Shown piece after piece: positions 48,260 to 56,225 of a stretch of 64,000 bases of DNA. Under the pieces are notes generated by a model, which worked only from the letters and a program-made list of their open reading frames with translations, searched no databases and was not told the origin of the DNA. The translations under genes were made by a program, and so were the position numbers. Source of the DNA: Desulfobacterales bacterium (GTDB lineage: Bacteria > Desulfobacterota > Desulfobacteria > Desulfobacterales > SURF-7). Position 1 is the stretch's first letter. Each line of letters starts with the position of its first letter. The stretch is taken from NCBI GenBank assembly GCA_046484745.1, contig JAWOIJ010000068.1:68076-132075 (forward strand). The letters are read 5' to 3'.

Positions 48260-50407
48260 CTACTCTTTCAGCATCTTTTGAATACTCTTGGAATAGAACT
48301 TATCTATGTATTCCTTGACCATCCGGCGGGCGGAAAATCTGGCCGCGTTGCTTTTCATTGCCGCCTTCATCACCTTGACCCAATCCTGCGGAACGCCGCT
48401 TTCAGACGTCTTGTAATAAAGCGGTATGATCTCATTTTCCAGAATACGGTAAATCTTTTCGGCATCACTTCCATCCGGGCTCGCAGAACTCGCGTCATGC
48501 TCCACAGCCCAACCGTTTCCCCCGTTGAAACCCTCCACCCACCAGCCGTCCAGTATGCTTAAATTCGGCACACCGTTTAAAGCGGCTTTCATGCCACTCG
48601 TCCCGCAGGCCTCAAGAGGAGGGAGAGGGGTGTTCAGCCATATATCAACGCCATGCACCAGGTACTGAGCCAATTGCTCGCCATAATCCTCCACAAAGGC
48701 GATTCTGCCCCCAAGCTGCGGATCACGGGCCAGGTTGATCAGGTTTTGAAGAAGCCGTTTGCCGGGGTCATCGGCGGGATGGGCTTTGCCTGCAAAGATA
48801 ATCTGTATAGGGCGCCAGCGATCCTTGAAATGTTTTTTAAGACGATCCAGATCCTGAAAGATCAACAAGGCTCTTTTGTAAGTGGCGAACCTGCGGGCAA
48901 AGCCGAGTGTAAGAACCGAGGGGTCCAGAAAGGCACCCCCGGTAAGCATGATGGAGGCGCTGGCATCCCCATTGGCCCAGCGTTGGCGTGTGCGCTCCCT
49001 TATAGCATCGATCAGTTTTACCTTGAGCCAGTGATGCGTTTGCCAAAACTCGGTGTCGGGGACGTTGTCAAGCAGCTCCCAACACGCCGGATCATCATGC
49101 TGATCCAGCCAACCGGCTCCGAGGTGTTTGTTCAGCAGAAGTTTTATTTTCGGTTCGATCCAGGTGGGCACGTGGACTCCGTTGGTGACGTAATCGATAG
49201 GGACCTGATCCTCTGGCACTTCAGGCCACAGGCTTCGCCACATCTTCCGGGAGACCTCTGCGTGCCGTTGGCTTACACCATTCCGGCAGCCGGATAAGCG
49301 CAGTGCAAAAGCCGTCATATTGAATCCGGCGTCCGGCTTTTCCGGATGAACTCCCATTTTTAAAAAAGTATCGCGATCAAGACCCAGGGCAGGCCAGTAG
49401 GAATGGAAATACCGTTCGATCAATTGGAAGGGAAACACATCGTGGCCTGCTGGAACAGGGGTGTGTGTTGTAAAGATTGTGGAATTGATAATTTTTTCGC
49501 GAGCTGCGGCAAATTCGCTGCCCGTTTCCACATGTTCCCTGATACGTTCCAGAAGCGCGAAAGCCGCATGGCCTTCGTTCAAGTGTAAAAGGTAATGATC
49601 GATCCCCAGCATCTTGAGCATCTCGGCCCCCCCGATCCCCAGAACAATTTCCTGGCGCAGGCGTTGTTCAAGATCGCCGGTGTAAAGCCGAGCGCTGATT
49701 CCTCTGTTCCAGGGGTCGTTGATCTCGACATCCGTGTCCATCAGGTAGAGGGAAACACGTCCGACGGCTACCTTCCAAACCGCGACATGGATGGGCGGAT
49801 CGGTCAGTGGAATTTTTATGACGAGTTGCTGTCCATTCTCACCCAATACCTTGGAAATGGGCGCGGCCTCGCGGTTTATGGACTCGTCGAGATTCTCCTG
49901 CCAGCCGTCATCCCGGATCTGCTGCCGGAGATATCCTTCCGGATACATAAAACCCACTGCCACCAGCGGGATACACAAGTCGCTGCATTCCTTGATGTAA
50001 TCTCCCGCCAAAAAGCCCAATCCTCCGGCATAGAAGGGTAATGAGCGATGGAGACCGTATTCAGCGGAAAAGTAGGCCACGGCAAACTTATGGTCCCGCG
50101 AAACAGGTTCCAGCAGATGGCACTCTTTTTGTTTCATGTACTTACGGAACACATCCATCACATCATCGTACCTGCGAATGTAGTCGGCATCGGCGCCGGC
50201 CTTTTTCAGGAGTTCGCGGGGAAACTCCCTGAGCATCTTGTCCGGATTGTGACCGCTTTCCTTCCACGCCTGCCGATCGAGTGTTTTGAAAAGCATCCGC
50301 GCACCGGGATTCCAGCTCCACCAGAGATTTTCCGCCAGTTCCTCCAGGCCCGCGAGGCGTTCCGGTAAATGGGGAAAAAGAGGTTGCCTGGTATTCATTT
50401 TTTCCAT
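48260..50407 (-). CDS. glgP: alpha-glucan family phosphorylase (GT35)
   Basis: 715 aa. The N-terminus is LPERLAGLEELAENLWWSWNP. The pyridoxal-phosphate site context is EACGTSGMKAALNG. Confidence 0.9.
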   Translation of the reverse strand: MEKMNTRQPLFPHLPERLAGLEELAENLWWSWNPGARMLFKTLDRQAWKESGHNPDKMLREFPRELLKKAGADADYIRRYDDVMDVFRKYMKQKECHLLEPVSRDHKFAVAYFSAEYGLHRSLPFYAGGLGFLAGDYIKECSDLCIPLVAVGFMYPEGYLRQQIRDDGWQENLDESINREAAPISKVLGENGQQLVIKIPLTDPPIHVAVWKVAVGRVSLYLMDTDVEINDPWNRGISARLYTGDLEQRLRQEIVLGIGGAEMLKMLGIDHYLLHLNEGHAAFALLERIREHVETGSEFAAAREKIINSTIFTTHTPVPAGHDVFPFQLIERYFHSYWPALGLDRDTFLKMGVHPEKPDAGFNMTAFALRLSGCRNGVSQRHAEVSRKMWRSLWPEVPEDQVPIDYVTNGVHVPTWIEPKIKLLLNKHLGAGWLDQHDDPACWELLDNVPDTEFWQTHHWLKVKLIDAIRERTRQRWANGDASASIMLTGGAFLDPSVLTLGFARRFATYKRALLIFQDLDRLKKHFKDRWRPIQIIFAGKAHPADDPGKRLLQNLINLARDPQLGGRIAFVEDYGEQLAQYLVHGVDIWLNTPLPPLEACGTSGMKAALNGVPNLSILDGWWVEGFNGGNGWAVEHDASSASPDGSDAEKIYRILENEIIPLYYKTSESGVPQDWVKVMKAAMKSNAARFSARRMVKEYIDKFYSKSIQKMLKE

Positions 50408-50525
50408 ATTTTATATTCTCCTAAACAATGAAGTCGCTATTCTAAGCTCCTCTTTCTGCACACTTTCCTTCTGCGAAAGGAGATGGGCCAAATCATCAAG
50501 GACAGTTCGCCGCTCCAAAAGAATT

Positions 50526-50871
50526 CTACGCACGCATCGAGGACGCGTTCACCTTGTTTTTTTGAATTTCCGGCAGCCCCATTTTCATCATTTCAGAGTG
50601 AATGCGCCCAAAGGGCCGATACGGGTCTAGGAGTAACCCCCTTAAATCATGGTCAAATGTTGACTCGACGTCGAGCTGCGGAAAATGACCGAACGTTGGA
50701 TACGTCGTAAGGGTGATTCCGGTGGACTGGGCCAGGACGGTGCGCCCGTGCTTCACCGGCAAGATGGAATCTTTCTCTCCCCAGAACAGGGCCATGGGGG
50801 GGCAGCCCTTGCCCAGATGCGATGCGAATCCTGGAAGCCGTGATGAGCACGAGCGGCGCGCCCGAACCCAT
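50526..50871 (-). pseudogene. alpha/beta-hydrolase remnant (internal deletion plus frameshift)
   Basis: One frame gives GSGAPLVLI, the N-terminal oxyanion region of alpha/beta hydrolases. Only about 20 codons later, another frame gives the C-terminal ALFWGEKDSILP...FGHFPQLD. The catalytic core is missing. Confidence 0.6.
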
Positions 50872-50942
50872 CTCGCTCCAAGCTATTGATAACCGTGTAC
50901 GGTGGTTTTGTGGGATTGTCCAATCATCTCCATATGTGTTGG

Positions 50943-51845
50943 TTATTTCCTTTTTCCTCTCATTCTGATTCCTGCCAAGCCTGCTATTCCAGTGCCGAAG
51001 AGGAGAATGGTGGTGGGTTCCGGGACCGACGCCGGCGCATCGTCGTCGCTGCCGCCGCCGCTGCCGCCGCTGAAGCCGTAGCTGCCGAAGTCTGAGCGGC
51101 CGCTACCGAAGTCTTCAGCTGTGTTATTATTGGAAATAAAATTATCTGTCAATGCCACTGCCCCGGTTAGCGCGAAGGCCCTTCCGCACAGAATCTCTGC
51201 CCGGGGATCAAGGGTAATGCTCGCAAGAGCAAAAATATTTCCTGCAAACGTTGTGTCTGTCCCCAGAGTCGCGGAGCTGCCGACCTGCCAATACACGCCG
51301 CTAAGTGGACCTCCATTTATGATGTCAACAGAAGAGCCGCTTCCGGTCGTGAGCGTACTCCCGATCTGGAAAATGAAGTCCGCATCGGGGTTGCCATCGA
51401 AATCGAGAGTGAGTGCTCCTGTCAACTGAGCCGATGAATCAAAATGATAGACACCCGGCGTGAGTGTGGTGTATCCCGCTGAACCCAAATCAACACCAGT
51501 ATAGTCGTAAACGAAAGGCAAGCCTGATAGTGTATTGTACGCAGATGTTGCATCCGCCAGAGCAAGTTGCGCGACCCCATCATTTATGTGTATCGTTCCT
51601 CCGCTGACGGTCCCGTCAGGATAAAAGCCAGTGACCGAAGTCCCTGGCGTCACACCCAAATCCCCGTAGATTTGAGTGGTCGGGTTCGGAGCGCTATGAC
51701 CATTGGTCACCGTTTCGTAACCCAGGACCGCGAAGCTCTGCGCCGAATCCAGCATTGGCGTGGCCAATCCTGGGGTGGAGGGGAAAAGAAACGCGGCGAA
51801 TGCCACGATGCCCCAGATAATCAAATAGTTGTGTTTGTGTTTCAT
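50943..51845 (-). CDS. DUF3494 (ice-binding-like) beta-solenoid protein with PEP-CTERM sorting signal
   Basis: Signal peptide. FAVLGYETVTN...IYGDLGVTPGTSVTGF...LTPGVYHF...FIFQIGSTLTT...YWQVGSSATLG matches the IBP/DUF3494 pattern. The C-terminus VPEPTTILLFGTGIAGLAGIRMRGKRK is a PEP-CTERM signal. Confidence 0.8.
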   Translation of the reverse strand: MKHKHNYLIIWGIVAFAAFLFPSTPGLATPMLDSAQSFAVLGYETVTNGHSAPNPTTQIYGDLGVTPGTSVTGFYPDGTVSGGTIHINDGVAQLALADATSAYNTLSGLPFVYDYTGVDLGSAGYTTLTPGVYHFDSSAQLTGALTLDFDGNPDADFIFQIGSTLTTGSGSSVDIINGGPLSGVYWQVGSSATLGTDTTFAGNIFALASITLDPRAEILCGRAFALTGAVALTDNFISNNNTAEDFGSGRSDFGSYGFSGGSGGGSDDDAPASVPEPTTILLFGTGIAGLAGIRMRGKRK

Positions 51846-52000
51846 TTTGACTCTCCTTTCCTCAAGTTTTTTTCGCCTTCAGTCCATCTGACTGATCGGC
51901 TCAATTTTTTTTACTTTTAAAGGTTAGCCGGTATTCTAAGCCCCGGCCGGCTGTTTAGGAGAAGAATGCTGATAAAATCAGCACTGGTAAATGACTGATT

Positions 52001-52019
52001 AAAAACCGGACCCCCGGTT
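52001..52019 (-). terminator. short hairpin plus U-run in the leader of the PEP-CTERM gene (attenuator or small-RNA terminator candidate)
   Basis: The minus strand reads AACCGG-GGGT-CCGGTT followed by TTT. It lies about 45-60 nt downstream of the 52062-52077 promoter element. Confidence 0.3.
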
Positions 52020-52061
52020 CTCTTAAAACGAGAATAATAGTGCCGTTATTCACCCTATAAG

Positions 52062-52077
52062 TTCAATCTTTGTGCCA
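52062..52077 (-). promoter_or_regulatory. -24/-12-like element TGGCACAAAGATTGAA, module copy A
   Basis: Read on the minus strand. It is identical to the copy at 63806-63821 and lies about 215 nt upstream of the ATG at 51845. Confidence 0.5.
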
Positions 52078-52177
52078 TGTTTCCGACACTCAGAGGCGAA
52101 TCACCCATCTTTCTGATTTATAAGAATAATTAGTTTAAAAAGCTCATTCAGGGCAGTCATGAACAGCCATATAAGAG

Positions 52178-52208
52178 GGTCATATTTAACCGGTGGTTAT
52201 ATATGACC
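52178..52208 (-). promoter_or_regulatory. tandem palindromic boxes (putative UAS), module copy A
   Basis: GGTCATATTTAACC (52178-52191), then GGT, then GGTTATATATGACC (52195-52208). Confidence 0.55.
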
Positions 52209-52256
52209 CTTTTCCGGCGGTTTTGCTGCTCATGTATAAAATTTGAATCGCTCAGA

Positions 52257-52772
52257 TTAAAATTTAAAACCAATGCCTAAAAGATAGACGAACCGTCCAT
52301 CATTATAATTATCATCTATTTCATCCGTATCTTCGAAGAGAAATTGATATTCTATACCTCCGGTAATGAACGTCGTGTCATTGACAAAATATTTTACGCC
52401 GCCTTCCAGTCCTGCAATAAATTGCTCTTCGACCGACTCACCGTATAAATAGCCGATACTGGCTCCAAGATATGGATGCCAGCGCCCCAAATCAAAATTA
52501 TAATCGAACGCTAACCGGGTAGAACCATTCCAACTGTCGCGGCCGGGGAGATCGGCATATGAAATCCCTTGCCGCCAAATTGATTCTAAGTTTTGGGTCA
52601 AGAAAAGCCCCAGACCGGCTTCGATATTGAACACTGTGCCATCAAAACTTTCATCGCTGGACCCGTTTCCACCCAGTGTCAATTCCAAATCCCCCTGCTT
52701 GTATGCCGCCATAGCCGTTGGAACAACAAACAACATAGATACTACCATCAACATGAACATTAATTTTTTCAT
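52257..52772 (-). CDS. small outer-membrane beta-barrel protein
   Basis: 171 aa. It has a signal peptide, alternating beta-strand pattern and a C-terminal GIGFKF. Confidence 0.65.
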   Translation of the reverse strand: MKKLMFMLMVVSMLFVVPTAMAAYKQGDLELTLGGNGSSDESFDGTVFNIEAGLGLFLTQNLESIWRQGISYADLPGRDSWNGSTRLAFDYNFDLGRWHPYLGASIGYLYGESVEEQFIAGLEGGVKYFVNDTTFITGGIEYQFLFEDTDEIDDNYNDGRFVYLLGIGFKF

Positions 52773-52950
52773 TTTTTAGACTCCTTAAATATAAATGAAG
52801 AGTTGTTTTAAGTTAAATCAAAAAAATGGAATTAAGTTTGCTTGACTCCGGTTACACCTCCCTTCACTGTGTCAGTATTTATTATAAAAATTACTGCCTG
52901 AGTTCATTTTCTAAAACAAACCCTGATAAAATTCTTTTATATATGCCTCT

Positions 52951-54126
52951 CTATACCCTGCCGGACCGTTTCTCCTGGGCATACCCCGCTATTCCGGTCA
53001 TGAATCGAACCAATTCATAACAGAGCCAACTCACCAGACGCAGCCCAATGGGCTGAATTTTCCAGCTAGTTTGAAGTACTCGCCGTGCCCCGATATCAAT
53101 GGCACGCTCCAGGCTATACCTCAGTGTTTTGGCAAAGGCTTCATCATCAACAACAACATTTGCTTCAAGAGAGAGCAGCAGACTGAAAGGGTCAAGATTT
53201 GAGGAACCCACCGTAGCCCAATGTTTATCAATCACAGCAACTTTAGCGTGCATGAGGCTCTGGTGGTATTCGTAAATCTCAATTCCCGCATCCAGAAAAC
53301 TGCCATATAGGGCATGCGAGGCATAATGCAGCAATCGATAATCCGCCTTTCCTTGCAACAGCAGTATCACCCGGACACCGCGCCCGGCTGCATCCAAAAG
53401 CGCATGACGAAAATTCAATCCGGGTAAAAAGTAGGCATTTGCCAGAATGATTTCAAATTGCGCCTGTTCAATCGCCTGTAAATAGGCATCTTCAATATCG
53501 CGGCGATGGCGGACATTATCCCTTACCAGAAAAGCCGCCCGCATGTGACCCTTGGATTCGGTTGAGGGAGATTGTCTGTCGTTTCCCGGGCCCCAGCCAG
53601 GACGCAGGCGGGTCCAGACCACCCGCGACCACACCCGGCGGGCGGAAGCATGTATTTTTTTCACCAGCGGCCCCTCCACACTTACAGCGTAGTCATAACG
53701 AGGCGATGTTTGGCCAGGCGTATCCATGTCATCGATAATGTTAATCCCCCCGACAAATGCAAACTTCCGGTCCACGACCACAACTTTCCGGTGCAAGCGA
53801 CGCAACCTCCGGCGCCGCAGCGTCCAGGGCGATATCTTGGGCCGAAACTTCAGCACCATTACGCCGGCCGCCTCAAGATAATCAATCATGGTTTTCGATA
53901 AACCTTGCGAGCCGAATCCATCGATCAGAACATGGGTTTTTACACCTCGAAAGGCTGCCCGCCGGAGCGATTCCGCAATGCGTAATCCAATATTATCCTT
54001 TTCGAAAATATAACTTTCCAGATAAATTTCATGCACTGCCCGGTCCAGCGCCGCTTCGAGTGCCGGAAAATACGCTTCACCGTTTTGCAACAGGCGAATC
54101 TGATTGTCTGGAACAGTTTGAATCAC
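52951..54126 (-). CDS. clsB: cardiolipin synthase B-like phospholipase D family protein
   Basis: Two HKD motifs (HRKVVVVD...GGINI; HAKVAVID...GSSNLD) and no N-terminal transmembrane segment. Its short C-terminal tail is mildly hydrophobic. Confidence 0.8.
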   Translation of the reverse strand: MIQTVPDNQIRLLQNGEAYFPALEAALDRAVHEIYLESYIFEKDNIGLRIAESLRRAAFRGVKTHVLIDGFGSQGLSKTMIDYLEAAGVMVLKFRPKISPWTLRRRRLRRLHRKVVVVDRKFAFVGGINIIDDMDTPGQTSPRYDYAVSVEGPLVKKIHASARRVWSRVVWTRLRPGWGPGNDRQSPSTESKGHMRAAFLVRDNVRHRRDIEDAYLQAIEQAQFEIILANAYFLPGLNFRHALLDAAGRGVRVILLLQGKADYRLLHYASHALYGSFLDAGIEIYEYHQSLMHAKVAVIDKHWATVGSSNLDPFSLLLSLEANVVVDDEAFAKTLRYSLERAIDIGARRVLQTSWKIQPIGLRLVSWLCYELVRFMTGIAGYAQEKRSGRV

Positions 54127-54180
54127 AGCAGGGTTATCCCTTTTTTCCGTTCAGTGATTTGCTGAATCAACTGATATTTT

Positions 54181-54429
54181 TTACATCCGATCAATATTGG
54201 AACGGAGTTGAGCGATCTGAATTCCCAGACCAACACATTGTTTTCCGGCCATACACACATCGGCATCTTCAGGCTCCAGATAGGTTTTCAATTCATGATT
54301 GCCCTTCTTCAGATCTACCACCCAGGCTTTTTGAGTATCATCATAGTCGACATTAACATGAATGCCGCATTCGCCGATATCCGGATATATTGATTTGATT
54401 TTTTTACATAGTTCGCTTTTATTGTGCAT
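54181..54429 (-). CDS. hypothetical 82-aa protein
   Basis: An ORF with GGAGGT upstream, located between the BON gene and cls. I recognise no family. Confidence 0.5.
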   Translation of the reverse strand: MHNKSELCKKIKSIYPDIGECGIHVNVDYDDTQKAWVVDLKKGNHELKTYLEPEDADVCMAGKQCVGLGIQIAQLRSNIDRM

Positions 54430-54552
54430 GATATACCTCCTTCTGGTTTGAATATCAGATCAATTGGTACAAATAGCAGGCGCAGGAGCACAAGAATCAT
54501 CAATACAACAGCCCAGCCACTCCTTTCGGGTGCATGTCCCAGCAACCGGCTA

Positions 54553-54624
54553 TTAGTTCAGATTGATGATTATTCCCACAAAAGCCAGTATCAGAAATAA
54601 TATAAACATTGTGCCAAATGACAT
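54553..54624 (-). CDS. candidate 23-aa hydrophobic micro-protein
   Basis: Own translation: AAAGGAGG, then 7 nt, then ATG, giving MSFGTMFILFLILAFVGIIINLN. It is a single transmembrane helix located just downstream of the BON gene. Confidence 0.35.
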   Translation of the reverse strand: MSFGTMFILFLILAFVGIIINLN

Positions 54625-54715
54625 TATCCGTCCTCCTTTTCATAAATACATGATAGACATACCGCCGGAGCTGTCGGCAGCGAACCGGCGGCCAGCTGAT
54701 CCTGGGATAAGTCTC

Positions 54716-55498
54716 CTATACGGTCATGTTGTTGATCACCTTCTTTACGCCATGGACATCGCTCACGAGTTTGGCGGCCAGGTCCTTTTCAGCCTTGTTC
54801 CCGGCTTTGCCGCCCAACGTGACCACGCCATCCTTCGTATTTACAGTGGTGTCGAGACCGCTGGTCGAGCGGTGATACAGCAATGTCGTCTTGACCAGGG
54901 CAGTGATCGAGGCGTCATCAACCGATTCGATCACGGAATCCATCTTTTGGCCTATCGTGGTTCCGGCCGGCTTCGCTTTGGCTGTCTTGACTGTCATCTT
55001 GTTGTTAACCTTTTTGACGCCTTCCACATCCGCGGCGTATTCGGTCGTCAGATCCTTCTGGGCCTCGCTGTCGGCTTCGCCTAGCAAGGTGATGTTCCCG
55101 TCTTTTGCATTAACCTCAGTTCCGGTGGCGCTCACGTTCCGATGAAACAACAGTGTGGTTTTCACTTTGGTAATGAGCCACGCATCCGAGTTCTCGGCAG
55201 GGGCTTCATCTTCTACTTCCAGCTTGTTGTACACACTTTTAACTCCGGGAAGACTCGCTACGGTCTCTTTGGCCAATGATTTGTGGGATTCTTCGTTTAC
55301 AGTCCCTGTCAGGGTGACGGCGCCATCCTTGGATGAGACCTCAACGTCATCGCCCTTGAGGTAGGTCTTGAACACATACGACTTCATGGCGGCTGACTCG
55401 ATGCGGTCATCCGTATCGGATGCGAACACAGGGACATTGATCAGAAACATAGAAACCACAGCTGCTATCAGCGTTACGCAATACATTGTTTTTTTCAT
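54716..55498 (-). CDS. periplasmic BON-domain protein (OsmY-like, three BON repeats)
   Basis: Signal peptide plus three repeats of the pattern V...KDGxVTLxGxV......A......GVKxVxNxxxV. Confidence 0.85.
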   Translation of the reverse strand: MKKTMYCVTLIAAVVSMFLINVPVFASDTDDRIESAAMKSYVFKTYLKGDDVEVSSKDGAVTLTGTVNEESHKSLAKETVASLPGVKSVYNKLEVEDEAPAENSDAWLITKVKTTLLFHRNVSATGTEVNAKDGNITLLGEADSEAQKDLTTEYAADVEGVKKVNNKMTVKTAKAKPAGTTIGQKMDSVIESVDDASITALVKTTLLYHRSTSGLDTTVNTKDGVVTLGGKAGNKAEKDLAAKLVSDVHGVKKVINNMTV

Positions 55499-55709
55499 GG
55501 TGCTTTTCCTCCTTTTATGATTGTTGTTGTGTTACCGTTTCCGGAAACCTTTTCCGGACAATTCATTCGATTCGTACTTTCAGATCACAGGCAGGACAGG
55601 ATTTCTCTTCTTTGGGCCCTGGGAGGGATTGCGGCAGCAAGGTGCCCAACAAGAACAATAGCTCCGTTATTCACTGTTTTTCATATCCGAATCTATATCA
55701 ACCTTACTA

Positions 55710-55725
55710 TTCAACCTTTGTGCCA
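55710..55725 (-). promoter_or_regulatory. -24/-12-like element TGGCACAAAGGTTGAA, module copy B
   Basis: Read on the minus strand, about 215 nt upstream of the BON gene ATG. Confidence 0.5.
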
Positions 55726-55825
55726 CTTTTTGCCAGGCTTCCAACATTCCACCCATGGTCTCAATTTATAAGAACAATTTAGTTTCAGAGCATCTGAAGG
55801 GCGGTCTTAACCGCCATGAGAATAA

Positions 55826-55858
55826 GGTCATATTCACAATCCGTGATCATATATGACC
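55826..55858. promoter_or_regulatory. tandem palindromic boxes (putative UAS), module copy B, in a divergent region
   Basis: GGTCATATTCACAA (55826-55839), then TCCGT, then GATCATATATGACC (55845-55858). Confidence 0.55.
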
Positions 55859-56036
55859 TTTTTTCCCTGCTTTTATGGAATGGTGTGCCATCAAGACCCA
55901 TCACAACCAGTTCGATTTGATGTAGGTTGCTTATCGGTGCCGGACTCTTGATTCAGCGCGAGCTTAAGGGATAGACGAGCGGTATTCGTTCGTTATCCAA
56001 GCGCAAGTCCATACTTCTGATCGATTTTTCGGCTAT

Positions 56037-56052
56037 TGGCAGGCCTTTTGCT
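56037..56052 (+). promoter_or_regulatory. canonical sigma54 -24/-12 promoter (TGGCAGGCCTTTTGCT) for mlaEFD
   Basis: Correct GG-N10-GC spacing. It lies 175 nt upstream of the mlaE ATG and 180-210 bp from the copy B boxes. Confidence 0.55.
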
Positions 56053-56225
56053 TTAACATGTGTATGATCCTTGGAATCATATAAAGGCCCTTTCTGAGAA
56101 GTGCATGAAATTGCCGCAGACAATTGCTTCTCTGTCCGGTTCCATAAAGATGGAAGAGGACGGTTCCGGCAATACCGGATACGGCATATGTCTTTGAACC
56201 CCTATAATCTTCAGGAGTCTTAACC

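Noticed and set aside
51037-51080. A GC-rich triplet-like repeat (GCCGCCGCT...) that could be a simple-sequence repeat.
   Set aside because: It lies within the PEP-CTERM protein gene and encodes the Gly/Ser linker (GFSGGSGGGS) that precedes the sorting signal.
51846-52060. Leaders of the module copies as c-di-GMP (GEMM) or other known riboswitches.
   Set aside because: I could not find the conserved GEMM, cobalamin or Mn-riboswitch core sequences by eye. The conserved block is shared only among the module copies.
54604-54619. TGGCACAATGTTTATA on the minus strand, which resembles the -24 element.
   Set aside because: It lies inside the candidate 23-aa micro-ORF (codons FGTMFI), and the -12 position reads TTAT, so it is probably coincidental.
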